32,000 nt of DNA from Candidatus Iainarchaeum sp. (GCA_037441475.1 JBBISB010000002.1:30001-62000); one strand, 5' to 3'. Positions 16,809 to 26,468 are shown, counted from the stretch's first letter. Program-made: numbers and translations. The notes: generated by a model from the sequence alone, not told the origin.

Positions 16809-18101
16809 TTAGAAGAATGGTTTATTCTTCTTAATTTCTGTCATGCCATGCATATAAGGAACTAAAACATCAGGAATCTTTATGTTACCTTCTTTTGTTT
16901 GGAAATTTTCAATAATTGACACTAAAGTTCTCTGAGTTGGGATAGCTGTGTTGTTTAAGGTATGAACATAATACTTTTCTCCTTGCTTTGTTTTACCCTT
17001 TATGTTAAGACCAATGGCTTGTGCTTCTGTAAGGTTTGAACAAGAACCAAGCTCTATAAACCCATTTCTTCTTGGAGAGTGTGCTTCTAGATCTATTTGT
17101 CTGTATTTCATGTCTCCTAAATCTCCAGAACATATCTCTAAGATCCTTATAGGTAAGCCTAAGCCCTTAAAGATTTCTATAGAGTTGTTTCTAAGTTCCT
17201 CAAATATCTTAACAGAATCCTCTGGCTTACAGATAACAACTTGCTCTATCTTATCAAACTGATGAAGACGGAAAAGCCCTCTCTCATCAAGACCATGAGA
17301 GCCTATCTCTTTTCTAAAGCATGAGGTGTAAGAGTATAGCTTTAATGGTAAGTTTTCTTCATGGATTGTTTTATCCATAAACATTGAGATTAATGGATGC
17401 TCTGATGTTCCTATCATGTAAAGATCTTCATTTTCTATCTTATAGACCATATTTTTAAAGAAAGTAAAATCAATAACACCATCACATGCTTTTTTATTTA
17501 TCATCAATGGTGGAAGAACATATGTGTATCCTTTCTTTGCTAAGATATCTTGAGCATACCTTATTAAAGCATTGTTAAGTAAAGCAAGATCTCCTAAAAG
17601 ATAGTAAAAACCTTTACCTGAGTTTTCTCTTGAAGAATCAAAATCTACAATGTTTAGTTTCTCTGCAATTTCAGCATGTCCCTTAACTTCAAAATCAAAT
17701 TTTCTAATCTCTCCATACTCTTCAGTTACAAGATTTTCTTTATCGCTTTTACCTATTGGAGTTTCTTTACTTATTAGGTTTGGTATTTGGTTTAAGAGAG
17801 TATCAATTTCTTGTTTCTGTGTTTTTAAGACTTGATCTATTTCTTTTATTTTTTCAGGTAATGCCTTAACTTCTTCTAAAACATCAGTTGCATCTTCTTT
17901 GTTATGTTTTCTTTTTGCAACCTCTTCAGTTAAGATATTTCTCTGGTTTTTTAATTGATTTGCTTTTTTTAAAGTCTCCCTATATTCAATATCAAGAGAG
18001 ATTAATCTTTCTAAGGAAGAAACCTTATGCTCCTGAAATTTTTTCTTTAGATTTTCTATAACATTTTCTTTGTTTTCACGTATATATTTTATGTCAAGCA
18101 T
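16809..18101 (-). CDS. serS: Seryl-tRNA synthetase
   Basis: N-terminal coiled-coil tRNA-binding arm, class II core (FRKEIGSHGLDERGLFRLHQFDKIE; GSCSN...), 430 aa. GGAGGAAA Shine-Dalgarno lies upstream of the ATG. Confidence 0.9.
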   Translation of the reverse strand: MLDIKYIRENKENVIENLKKKFQEHKVSSLERLISLDIEYRETLKKANQLKNQRNILTEEVAKRKHNKEDATDVLEEVKALPEKIKEIDQVLKTQKQEIDTLLNQIPNLISKETPIGKSDKENLVTEEYGEIRKFDFEVKGHAEIAEKLNIVDFDSSRENSGKGFYYLLGDLALLNNALIRYAQDILAKKGYTYVLPPLMINKKACDGVIDFTFFKNMVYKIENEDLYMIGTSEHPLISMFMDKTIHEENLPLKLYSYTSCFRKEIGSHGLDERGLFRLHQFDKIEQVVICKPEDSVKIFEELRNNSIEIFKGLGLPIRILEICSGDLGDMKYRQIDLEAHSPRRNGFIELGSCSNLTEAQAIGLNIKGKTKQGEKYYVHTLNNTAIPTQRTLVSIIENFQTKEGNIKIPDVLVPYMHGMTEIKKNKPFF

Positions 18102-18241
18102 AGTAATTTCCTCCTTTTACACTTTTTTGTTAAAATATATATATATTTAATATAGCAAAAGAAATATAAATAATGTTAAAAGTAGAAAAGGGAGGTTTAA
18201 AGTAATTTAAAAAAATTTAGAACCTTAAATTTTTAAAAAAA

Positions 18242-20881
18242 TTAAGACTCTTCATGCCAGAACTTCTTATGCTTGTTAATGTATTTTAAAACATCAAAGA
18301 TTAAGATAAATAACAAACCAATACCTAAAGCTATAAACCACTCAACAGCAGTTAATGGAACAGTATCAAAGGCCTTGTTTAAAGGAGAATAAACAATTAT
18401 TATGGTTGCAACTATTGATACTAGGGATGCAAAGAAAAGAGGTTTATTTACAAAAATCGATCTTCTTAAAACCCCTTTTCTAAAAGACCTAAAGACAAAG
18501 GCACCAAATATCTGTAAAAAGATTAAAGTTACAAGAGCGGTTGTTGCTGCATGTGCATAATCAAGAGATAAAACATTATAGGTTATATAGTAGACAAGAA
18601 GAGTGAAAAATGTCATTAAGATACCAGAAAAGAAAAGTAACTTTAAGATATTCTTTGTAAAGATAGATGTTTTTCTTTTTGGTTTTTCATTCATTATATC
18701 GTTTGAAGAATGGTTAAAGCCTAAGGCTATAGCTGGGATATTATCAGTAACAATATTCATAAACAAGATTTGTAAAGGTAGAAGTAAAGGTATTGCCCAT
18801 CCAAAGTTAGAGGCTATTAAAACACCTATAAATATAATCATTATCTGTGAAAAATTACAAGAGATTTGATATGTCATAAACTTTCTTATGTTTGCAAAAA
18901 TTGTTCTTCCTTCTTTTATAGCATGAACAATGGTTGCAAAATTATCGTCCTTTAAGGTTAAATCTGCAACAGATCTTGAAACATCTGTTCCTGTAATACC
19001 CATGGCAACACCTATGTGTGCTTCTTTTAAGGCAGGAGCATCGTTAACACCATCCCCTGTCATAGTAACAATTTCACCATTATTCTTTAAAGCTTTAACA
19101 ATTCTAAGCTTATGTTCAGGCCTTACTCTTGCAAAGATAGAAACATCATTAATTATTTTTGAAAGTTCATCATCTGTAAGTTCATCAATCTGGAAGCCTT
19201 CTAAAACCTTACCTTCATCAAGAGCAATTTCTTTTGCAATTGCAACTGCAGTTTCTTTGTTATCTCCAGTTATCATTTTAACTTTAATACCAGCTCTTCT
19301 ACAAAGAGAGATTGTTTCTTTAACCTCTTCTCTTGGTGGATCTTCCATTCCAACAAAACCAATGAAGGTTAAATCTGAATCTATGATGTTTAAATCTTTA
19401 TCTTTATAGGCAAAAGCTAATGTTCTTAAGGCTCTTTTCGTCATCTCTTGGTTTTCAGCTAATATTTTTTTAATATCATTTTCTGTAATCTTTAAAACTT
19501 TTCCTTTCTTTAAGATATGTGTACAGTTTTTTAGAACATACTCTAAGGCACCCTTAACATACACTTCTTTTTTATCATAATGAGAAATTAAAACACTCAT
19601 CATTTTTCTTTCTGAAGAAAAAGGAATTTCTTCTTCTCTTGAGATATTAAAATCTTCTTTATAGATATTTGCTTTAGAAGCTAAGACTAAAAGAGCTGCT
19701 TCTGTTGGAGTTCCGGTTATTTTAAAGTTATTTTCATTTTTAATTTCAGAGATGAATGAATCATTACAAAGAACAGCTGATTTAAGAAGAACAGTTAAAT
19801 CTCTATTATCTTTTGGGTTTATTACTTTTTTATTTAAAGAAATTTCTCCATGTTTTTCAAAACCAACACCAGAGATGTCAAATATTTTATTATCAAGATA
19901 TATTTTTTTAACAGTCATTTCTCCTTTTGTAATTGTTCCTGTTTTATCTGAACAAATAACTGTTGTTTCCCCTAAGGTTTCAATGATTGACATTCTGCTT
20001 ACAACTGCATTCTTTTTTGCCATCCTGTGTGCACCTGCAGAAAGAGTGGTTACTAGAACAACAGGAAGCCCTTCTGGAAAGGAAGCAACAGAAGTTGCAA
20101 TAACTAAAATGATTACATCAATGATTAGCTCTCTTGTTATAAAAGGAGCTTTTAATAAAACTAAGATACCAGTTATTATTGCTAAAGATAAACCAATGAA
20201 TGCTAAAAATTTGGTTATTTTATTTATTTTTTTTTGTAAAGGAAGTTCTTTTTCAGAACCAGAGATTAATTTTGCAACCTTTCCAAACCTAGTGTTCATG
20301 CCTGTGTGTGTAACTTTTAAAATAGCTTTTCCTGAAACTACAAAAGATCCCATAAACACCTTACTATCTTCTAAGATATTATTATCATCTATGGAAATAA
20401 CTTTTCTAACTTCTTTTGATTCTCCGGTTAATATGGATTCATTTAAAGAGATTTGTTTTTCTTCTAAAAGATAACCATCAGCAGGAACTCTTTCTCCATT
20501 CCTTAAGATTATTATGTCTCCAGGAACTATTTCTGTTGAAGGAATTTCTATTTCCTTAGAATCTCTTATAACTAAGGAAATGGGGGTTATCATTTTCTTA
20601 AGAGCAGCAACTGCTTTTTCAGCCTTGTACTCTTGAAAGAAACCAACACCTACAACTAAGAGGATAACTACTATTATTGTATAACCAGTTGCTATTTTTC
20701 CTACTAAAAAGGATAGAAAGGAGGCTGCTATTAAAAGATAAACAATAAAGTTTGATTTAACTTGTCTTAAGAGAACATCGTACCACTGGACCTTATTTAT
20801 TTCTATGATTTCATTTAAACCGTATTTTTGCAAATTTTCTTTTGCTTCCTTTATAGTTAACCCTGTATATTTCATAAACAT
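18242..20881 (-). CDS. P-type cation-transporting ATPase (type II, Ca2+-ATPase-like)
   Basis: Motifs TGES, PEGLP, the phosphorylation site CSDKTGTIT, MITGDN and TGDGVNDAPALK. 879 aa with about 10 predicted TM segments. Confidence 0.9.
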   Translation of the reverse strand: MFMKYTGLTIKEAKENLQKYGLNEIIEINKVQWYDVLLRQVKSNFIVYLLIAASFLSFLVGKIATGYTIIVVILLVVGVGFFQEYKAEKAVAALKKMITPISLVIRDSKEIEIPSTEIVPGDIIILRNGERVPADGYLLEEKQISLNESILTGESKEVRKVISIDDNNILEDSKVFMGSFVVSGKAILKVTHTGMNTRFGKVAKLISGSEKELPLQKKINKITKFLAFIGLSLAIITGILVLLKAPFITRELIIDVIILVIATSVASFPEGLPVVLVTTLSAGAHRMAKKNAVVSRMSIIETLGETTVICSDKTGTITKGEMTVKKIYLDNKIFDISGVGFEKHGEISLNKKVINPKDNRDLTVLLKSAVLCNDSFISEIKNENNFKITGTPTEAALLVLASKANIYKEDFNISREEEIPFSSERKMMSVLISHYDKKEVYVKGALEYVLKNCTHILKKGKVLKITENDIKKILAENQEMTKRALRTLAFAYKDKDLNIIDSDLTFIGFVGMEDPPREEVKETISLCRRAGIKVKMITGDNKETAVAIAKEIALDEGKVLEGFQIDELTDDELSKIINDVSIFARVRPEHKLRIVKALKNNGEIVTMTGDGVNDAPALKEAHIGVAMGITGTDVSRSVADLTLKDDNFATIVHAIKEGRTIFANIRKFMTYQISCNFSQIMIIFIGVLIASNFGWAIPLLLPLQILFMNIVTDNIPAIALGFNHSSNDIMNEKPKRKTSIFTKNILKLLFFSGILMTFFTLLVYYITYNVLSLDYAHAATTALVTLIFLQIFGAFVFRSFRKGVLRRSIFVNKPLFFASLVSIVATIIIVYSPLNKAFDTVPLTAVEWFIALGIGLLFILIFDVLKYINKHKKFWHEES

Positions 20882-21007
20882 CTTTATTAAAAATAAGTAA
20901 ATATAATATATATTGTATATTATATTTATAAAGATATCTTTTAAAAATATAAAAAAATTAATTATATATAATTAAAATTTAAAAAATATTGAACTTTTTT
21001 AAAAATA

Positions 21008-22708
21008 TTAAACATCTTCAAAATCAAGTTCTTCTCTGTTTTCAAAAGAGGAAATATGTTTAAACTTCTCTTCCATATACTTTTTAGTATTAAAACCATA
21101 CTTTTCAACTAACACAGATATATGCTCTCCACCTAAAAGATCTGGCATAATAACATGTGTTGCCCCTTCTTTATACAAGTCAAAGGTATTTGGGACATTA
21201 TCTGAAGTAACAATAATTATCATATTTTTGTTTATTTCTTTTATTTTATTAATAAACATAATATTTGATTCATAGCTTGAAATTATAGATATAACCATCT
21301 TTGTATTGTTTAAATCAAGGTCCTCTAAAAGTTCCATGTTTGTAACATCTCCATAAAGGCATGGCACTTTTCTTTTAGATAACTTTTGAATGGTTAAAGG
21401 GTTATAATCAACTATTATAAACTTAATGTTATGTGTTTTAAAATATTTTAAAAGATCATGACCAACTCTATCGTAACCAAAAATGACTACATCATGAGGA
21501 GTATCTTGATTGTAAGAAACATCATCTACTTTTTGTCCTTTTCTTTCAAAGATTAAAAGATACTTAGATATCCTAGGATAGATTTTATCAGCGTAGATAA
21601 TCATGTAACTTGAACCAGCCATTGTTATTAAACCAACTGCAGTAACTAAAGAAAGAATAGAGGAATCTACGTGGCCAACAGAAACAGCTAAAGCAACTAA
21701 GATTAAAGAAAACTCACTTATTTGTGCAACTGTTAAACCTGCTAAAAAACCATTCCTTCTTGAGTAACCTAGTTTACCCATTAAGATAATAACAACTAAA
21801 GGATTACCTATTAAAACAAACAAAGATAAAATAATGATTGGCCAAATATATAGGCTTACACTTGAAAAATTCATTTGGTAGCCTAAGAAAATAAAAAAGA
21901 TTACAATAAAGAAATCTCTTATAGGTCTCATTCTTGAACTAATCTCATGCCTGTAAGGAGACATTGAAAGAGTCATTCCTGCTAAAAAGGCACCAACTTC
22001 AATTGAGAAGTCAAAGAAATAAAATAATGAAGAGAGAATTAATGCCCAACTTATGGAAAAAAGAATTAAAAGTTCTGGAGACTTTGCTAAGAATTTTGTA
22101 AACTTTGGTAAAACATAAAAACCTATTAAAAAGACAATGATAACAAGTAATAAACCAAATAAGATTGTTAAAAGAATATCTATGATTATGTTTGAACCTT
22201 CAGCACCTGCACTAGAAGAAACAATCATTAATATTAGGATTGCTAGAATATCTTGGACTATTAAAAAACCAATAGATATTTTTCCATAAAGTCTATTTGT
22301 ATCTCCTCTATCTGAAAGTAGTTTCATTATTATTATTGTACTACTAAAAGTTAAGGCAATTGCAATGTAGATTGAAACTATGGTTGAAAAACCTAAAAGT
22401 TTAGATATTAGAAAACCAATAACAGAGGTGAAAATAACTTGCCCTAAACCTGTTATTAATGAAACCTTTCCAACTTCTTTTATTATCTTTGGGTTTAAAT
22501 GAAGACCAACAACAAATAAAAGAAGAGCAATACCAATTTCTGCAAATAACTTAATGATGTTAACATCTGTTAAAATATTTAAAGCTGCGATAACAATTCC
22601 TGTGAAGATATACCCTATTAACAGAGGTTGTTTTAACTTTTGCATTATAAGACCAACTAAGGTTGCAATTCCAATAATTAGGGCAATTTCAAAGAATATT
22701 TGTATCAT
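21008..22708 (-). CDS. Monovalent cation:proton antiporter (CPA2/Kef-type) with C-terminal RCK/TrkA-N domain
   Basis: About 390 aa polytopic Na_H-exchanger-like membrane domain, followed by a Rossmann-like VVIFGYDRVGHDL domain. 566 aa. Confidence 0.85.
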   Translation of the reverse strand: MIQIFFEIALIIGIATLVGLIMQKLKQPLLIGYIFTGIVIAALNILTDVNIIKLFAEIGIALLLFVVGLHLNPKIIKEVGKVSLITGLGQVIFTSVIGFLISKLLGFSTIVSIYIAIALTFSSTIIIMKLLSDRGDTNRLYGKISIGFLIVQDILAILILMIVSSSAGAEGSNIIIDILLTILFGLLLVIIVFLIGFYVLPKFTKFLAKSPELLILFSISWALILSSLFYFFDFSIEVGAFLAGMTLSMSPYRHEISSRMRPIRDFFIVIFFIFLGYQMNFSSVSLYIWPIIILSLFVLIGNPLVVIILMGKLGYSRRNGFLAGLTVAQISEFSLILVALAVSVGHVDSSILSLVTAVGLITMAGSSYMIIYADKIYPRISKYLLIFERKGQKVDDVSYNQDTPHDVVIFGYDRVGHDLLKYFKTHNIKFIIVDYNPLTIQKLSKRKVPCLYGDVTNMELLEDLDLNNTKMVISIISSYESNIMFINKIKEINKNMIIIVTSDNVPNTFDLYKEGATHVIMPDLLGGEHISVLVEKYGFNTKKYMEEKFKHISSFENREELDFEDV

Positions 22709-22848
22709 TTGTTATCTCTTTTATTTATAATAAATTTATGATATTTAAAATATATTTATTATAATAGAAATTATAGAGTAAAACATTTAAAAACAGAACT
22801 ACTTTATTTGAAGTTATTACTTATTATCAGAAGAAACTACAATTAAGA

Positions 22849-23475
22849 TTATATTTTTTTCTTTTTTTCATTCTTAAAAAAATAAAGGTTAGAATAGTAA
22901 AGATATATACCAAAGAATAATATTGAAAAACCTAAAAAATAACCAGCTAAGACATCTGTAAACCAATGGATATTAATAATTATTCTTGAAAGACCTATTA
23001 AAGATAAGAACAATAAAGAAAGATAACTTATAAATTTATTTTTATTCCAGAAAAACCAGAAAATAAAACCGAAAAGAACCACTCCCATTGTAGCATGCCC
23101 ACTTGGAAAGCTTAAAGTGGTTAGATAAAGATTATCTGGTCTTAGTCTTCCTATAACATGTTTTAAAGAATATACTATTATTAAATCTAAAGAGACTAGA
23201 AAATAAAGAAGTTTAATCTCTTTAAAATAATTATTTAGATAAAGATAGAAAGATAAAACTAAAACTATGATTAAAACACCATAAACAGAACCAATAGCTG
23301 AAATTACTTTTGAAAAATTATAAGTAAAGGTGTTTATTAGATCATAGGAGTTATTACTTATTAAAAAATCTAAAGAGTATGTTAAGTTTGTTTTAAATAA
23401 AAGTAAAACAATTATAAATAAAGCTAGGAAAAAGAGAGATATATAAAAATATTTCTTATTTATAGATTTAGTCAT
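22849..23475 (-). CDS. PAP2-family lipid phosphatase (undecaprenyl/polyprenyl-diphosphate or phosphatidate phosphatase-like)
   Basis: The three PAP2 motifs are KHVIGRLRP, SFPSGH and SRIIINIHWFTD, in a membrane protein. The track start at 23484 is TTG; the ATG at revcomp 23473-23475 (MTKSINKK) is preferred. Confidence 0.8.
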   Translation of the reverse strand: MTKSINKKYFYISLFFLALFIIVLLLFKTNLTYSLDFLISNNSYDLINTFTYNFSKVISAIGSVYGVLIIVLVLSFYLYLNNYFKEIKLLYFLVSLDLIIVYSLKHVIGRLRPDNLYLTTLSFPSGHATMGVVLFGFIFWFFWNKNKFISYLSLLFLSLIGLSRIIINIHWFTDVLAGYFLGFSILFFGIYLYYSNLYFFKNEKKKKI

Positions 23476-23639
23476 GAGAATCAAATTTAGTCTATGATTA
23501 AAGAATATATAATCAAAATATTTTTAAAACTTATTAAATTAATTTTTAATTTCTACATTAAAGAAAAACTAAAAAATATGATTTAAATTAAAATTTTTTA
23601 AAAAAATAAAAATAGCTAATAAAATACTCAAAGAGTTAG

Positions 23640-23712
23640 TGCCTCGAGCCAGATTTGAACTGGCGATCTCCAGATTATGAGTCTGGAATTCTAACCGCTA
23701 AACTACCGAGGC
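23640..23712 (-). tRNA. tRNA with anticodon CAU (elongator Met, or Ile2 if C34 is modified)
   Basis: Hand-folded 73-nt cloverleaf. Acceptor GCCUCGG/UCGAGGC, anticodon arm CCAGA-CUCAUAA-UCUGG, T arm GCCAG-UUCAAAU-CUGGC, discriminator A. G1:C72 and the lack of three G:C pairs in the anticodon stem argue against an initiator. No CCA encoded. Confidence 0.88.
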
Positions 23713-23832
23713 AAAAAATCTTTTTTAAAAAATAATGATTTTTTTAAAAAAATATATTATATTTACTATATATATTTATGAAACATTTTATTTATATATA
23801 TATTCTTTTTCTAAAAAAAATAAGATAATTAA

Positions 23833-24501
23833 CTACTCTCTTTTTCTTACAGAAACAGTTTCCTTCTCAGGGTCATAAATAATGATTGTATCTAAAAGAC
23901 CTAAAAAAACACCAGTTTCTAAAACACCAGGAATGTTTCTTACAGAGTACTCAAAGTCATCTAAAGTTATGTTTTTATCAAGCTTTATTCTTACAAGAAA
24001 ATGACCTATCTCAGTTTTAATAAACTCAGAGTTTTCATCATAAAGAACCTGTGCCATACCAAAGCTTTGAAGATGAATAACTGTTCTTTGCCATGCAAAA
24101 GTTGAAATCTCAACACAAACATCAGAGGTTATCTCAGGAACATACTTTTTAGTATTAGTTAAAACAACAAGCTTTAAAGCAGACTGAGAAATCATTTTGT
24201 CTCTTATGAAAGAATTTGTTTTAATCTTAATGAAGTTATTAAAATAATCAACTTGATCTGCAAGCTCTAAGGCAACATCAATCTCCTTATCATTTAAGGA
24301 AACCATTTTTTGAGAAAGAGATGTATAGTGCTTAGCTTGCTTAGCATTTACTGCTATATAATAAAGATTAATGTTTTCTTTTTTTGAAAGGTCTACAAGT
24401 AAAGAAATAAACTCTAAGTCTTTTGAAAAAGGAGCAATAGCTATGACATTGTTGTTTTTAACTTCTTTAAAAAACTCAGTTAATATCAAAGGTAAGTTCA
24501 T
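23833..24501 (-). CDS. Ribose-5-phosphate isomerase A-like protein with degenerate catalytic motifs
   Basis: The length (222 aa) and C-terminal NIPGVLETGVFLGLLDTIII match RpiA (IPGVVE-GLF). The central KLVVLTNTKKYV...VEISTFAWQRTVIHLQSFG also aligns. The GxGTGST, DGADE and KGGGG motifs are replaced by IAPFSKD, ELADQ and KTNSF. Confidence 0.55.
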   Translation of the reverse strand: MNLPLILTEFFKEVKNNNVIAIAPFSKDLEFISLLVDLSKKENINLYYIAVNAKQAKHYTSLSQKMVSLNDKEIDVALELADQVDYFNNFIKIKTNSFIRDKMISQSALKLVVLTNTKKYVPEITSDVCVEISTFAWQRTVIHLQSFGMAQVLYDENSEFIKTEIGHFLVRIKLDKNITLDDFEYSVRNIPGVLETGVFLGLLDTIIIYDPEKETVSVRKRE

Positions 24502-24572
24502 ATTTATTCCTAATGCTTGAAAAGTATTAAAAGACTATGGGTTTTAAAAGACTAACATACAAATATATATTA

Positions 24573-24633
24573 GGCAATGATGATATTGAACACCTGCTGA
24601 CTTAACTATGATGATAGATGGGCGGGCTGAGCC
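24573..24633 (+). ncRNA. Box C/D sRNA (2'-O-methylation guide)
   Basis: GGC-A-ATGATGA(C box)-TATTGAACACCTG-CTGA(D')-CTTAACT-ATGATGA(C')-TAGATGGGCGGG-CTGA(D)-GCC. The boxes are canonical, the guides are 13 and 12 nt, a 3-bp terminal stem (GGC/GCC) closes it, and it is 61 nt long. An A/T-rich TATA-like TTTTAAAAG lies about 25 nt upstream. Confidence 0.8.
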
Positions 24634-24639
24634 ATTTAA

Positions 24640-24879
24640 CTAATTTTGTTTTGTTTTAAGAACAATTTTTTCTTCTTTATATAAAACCTTCTTTTCTTCT
24701 TCTAAAAGAAAGATTCTTTTATTTAAAACATCTATCTTTGAGTTTAGAACATCAAACTTAGCATCGTATGATGAAAAGTTAAAAGCTCTTTGTTTTCTTA
24801 CTACTATGTAAGATAATAAGATATTACCTATAAAGAAAATAATTATAAAAACTACTAAAATAATTGTAAAGACATCCAT
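24640..24879 (-). CDS. Small membrane-anchored coiled-coil protein, unknown function
   Basis: 79 aa with an N-terminal TM helix (FTIILVVFIIIFFIGNILLSYIVV), then DVLNSKIDVLNKRIFLLEEEKKVL. It is the last gene of a same-strand cluster. Confidence 0.45.
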   Translation of the reverse strand: MDVFTIILVVFIIIFFIGNILLSYIVVRKQRAFNFSSYDAKFDVLNSKIDVLNKRIFLLEEEKKVLYKEEKIVLKTKQN

Positions 24880-24937
24880 ATTTTATTTCACACTCTTTTT
24901 TTTTGTTTTAAGATATTTTTTTAAAAATACTTTAAAT

Positions 24938-25765
24938 TTATAACAACTGATAAGTTTCTTTTCTCTTCTCTATAATTAAACCCTCTTCCTTTAAAATTTC
25001 AATAACAACCTTTAAAGCCTGTTTTTGAAAAGTTGTTTTTTCTATTAAAAAATCAATAGAGAAGGAATCCTTAAGGTTAAGAGAAAAAATAAGATCCCTT
25101 ATCTTTGTAAATAAAAGTTTATTAATAACATAATAATTTCCATCAAAAGACTTGATGCCTAAGATATCACCAGCCTTAATCTGTGCTTCATAGCTTGAAG
25201 AAAACTGTTTTGCATCCTCTGGTTTGTTTAAGATAATGTATTTTTCTGTATCAAAGAATGAAAAATCTGCCGTCTGTTCTTTAGAAGGAAGACTTGAGGG
25301 TTTATTAAAAGAAGCCATTTGATAAACACCTTTCTTATATTTATCAGAGAGCTTAAAAACCTCAACTTCTTTGTTTAACAGCATCTCCTTAAAGACAGAA
25401 AGATCCTCTTTGTTTAAAAGAGTTTCAAAAGAACCTTCAACCTTGTCTTGGAAGGTAAGGTTTTTATCATTTAAGAGAGTGGCTATCTTGTTTTTAACTA
25501 AATCTTTTGCATCTTTGAAAGATGTTTTAATAATTGAAGAGGGTTTAATCAAAGGCTTTTCTTTTTCAATAACTTTTTCTTTTTCATAAACCTTAGGCTT
25601 TTCAATAGTTTTTTCTTCTGTTTTCTCTCTTAAAGAAAATAAAACTTCATTAACAGATATTCTATTAACATCTAAAACCTTGTTTAGGTATTGTTCAAGA
25701 TTTCTTTCTTCCTCTAAATTATCAACATTTAGAAAATAAGTTTTATTTTTTTTTACAATCTTCAT
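24938..25765 (-). CDS. Hypothetical protein with K/E-rich linker and possible C-terminal winged helix
   Basis: 275 aa intact ORF, 34 nt downstream of the PIN-like gene. The C-terminus QKQALKVVIEILKEEGLIIEKRKETYQLL resembles a wHTH recognition helix plus wing. No family recognised. Confidence 0.45.
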   Translation of the reverse strand: MKIVKKNKTYFLNVDNLEEERNLEQYLNKVLDVNRISVNEVLFSLREKTEEKTIEKPKVYEKEKVIEKEKPLIKPSSIIKTSFKDAKDLVKNKIATLLNDKNLTFQDKVEGSFETLLNKEDLSVFKEMLLNKEVEVFKLSDKYKKGVYQMASFNKPSSLPSKEQTADFSFFDTEKYIILNKPEDAKQFSSSYEAQIKAGDILGIKSFDGNYYVINKLLFTKIRDLIFSLNLKDSFSIDFLIEKTTFQKQALKVVIEILKEEGLIIEKRKETYQLL

Positions 25766-25799
25766 AAGTTACTTCATTTTAAATTTATTATACAAAAAA

Positions 25800-26468
25800 C
25801 TATAGATTATCAATATACTCATTAATCTCTTCAAAAGAAACTGAACAACCTTTAAATTTAAGAGCATATAAAGCACCCTTTAGGTTTTGTTTATCTTTAA
25901 AGATAGGAGATAATAATCCTTTTTTATAGGCATACACAAGAAGATCAACAGACCTTATAAGGTTTACATTTCCTATAATCTCTCTAAACCTTATATACTT
26001 CTGTTCATCAATATGCACTTTACCAGTATTATATTTTCTTTTAAAAATATCTAAAAGAGCATGAGGTTGTTCTATAAGCATTCTTGTAGTTCTTTCATCA
26101 ACAGCTAAAAAAGATGCATCTGTTAGGCCTAAAAGAGCCAAAGACTCAGCTTCCCCTATCTGTATTATCTTTATAGGGTTTCCTCTTACATAAAACATGT
26201 TGTTTGTAAGATACATTATCTTGTTTGTAGTTTCATCTAAGGCTTTATCACCATTGTAAACATCAAAAATATGTGTGGATATATCCTCTTCTATCCTTGC
26301 TGAGCTTAATTTAAATCTCATTACATCTTTAACCTTATCAATACATTCAAACTTAACGTTCTTTGTTATTACAAAGTCACCCATGTTCTCTTTTAGATCT
26401 TTAAATAAAGGTAAAAAACAAGTTTCAGAAAAACTAATAATAACCCCTGAATCAAAAACAATTTTCAT
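25800..26468 (-). CDS. PIN-like nuclease-fold protein of the DUF3368/COG2405 type, with an internal insertion
   Basis: The N-terminus KIVFDSGVIISFSETCFLPLFKDL...FVITKNVKFEC, the central IGEAESLALLGLTDASFLAVDERTTR and the C-terminal LLVYAYKKGLLSPIF...LKFKGCSVSFEEINEYI follow the COG2405 pattern (D...GEAE...DER...AkkkGli). At 222 aa it is longer than the roughly 160 aa I recall as typical. Confidence 0.6.
   Translation of the reverse strand: MKIVFDSGVIISFSETCFLPLFKDLKENMGDFVITKNVKFECIDKVKDVMRFKLSSARIEEDISTHIFDVYNGDKALDETTNKIMYLTNNMFYVRGNPIKIIQIGEAESLALLGLTDASFLAVDERTTRMLIEQPHALLDIFKRKYNTGKVHIDEQKYIRFREIIGNVNLIRSVDLLVYAYKKGLLSPIFKDKQNLKGALYALKFKGCSVSFEEINEYIDNL

Noticed and set aside
18603-20474. 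Antisense ORFs inside the P-type ATPase gene (18603-18869, 18930-19409, 19752-20474)
   Set aside because: The - strand frame carries every P-type ATPase signature, so a 240-aa antisense frame is best explained as a chance open shadow frame.
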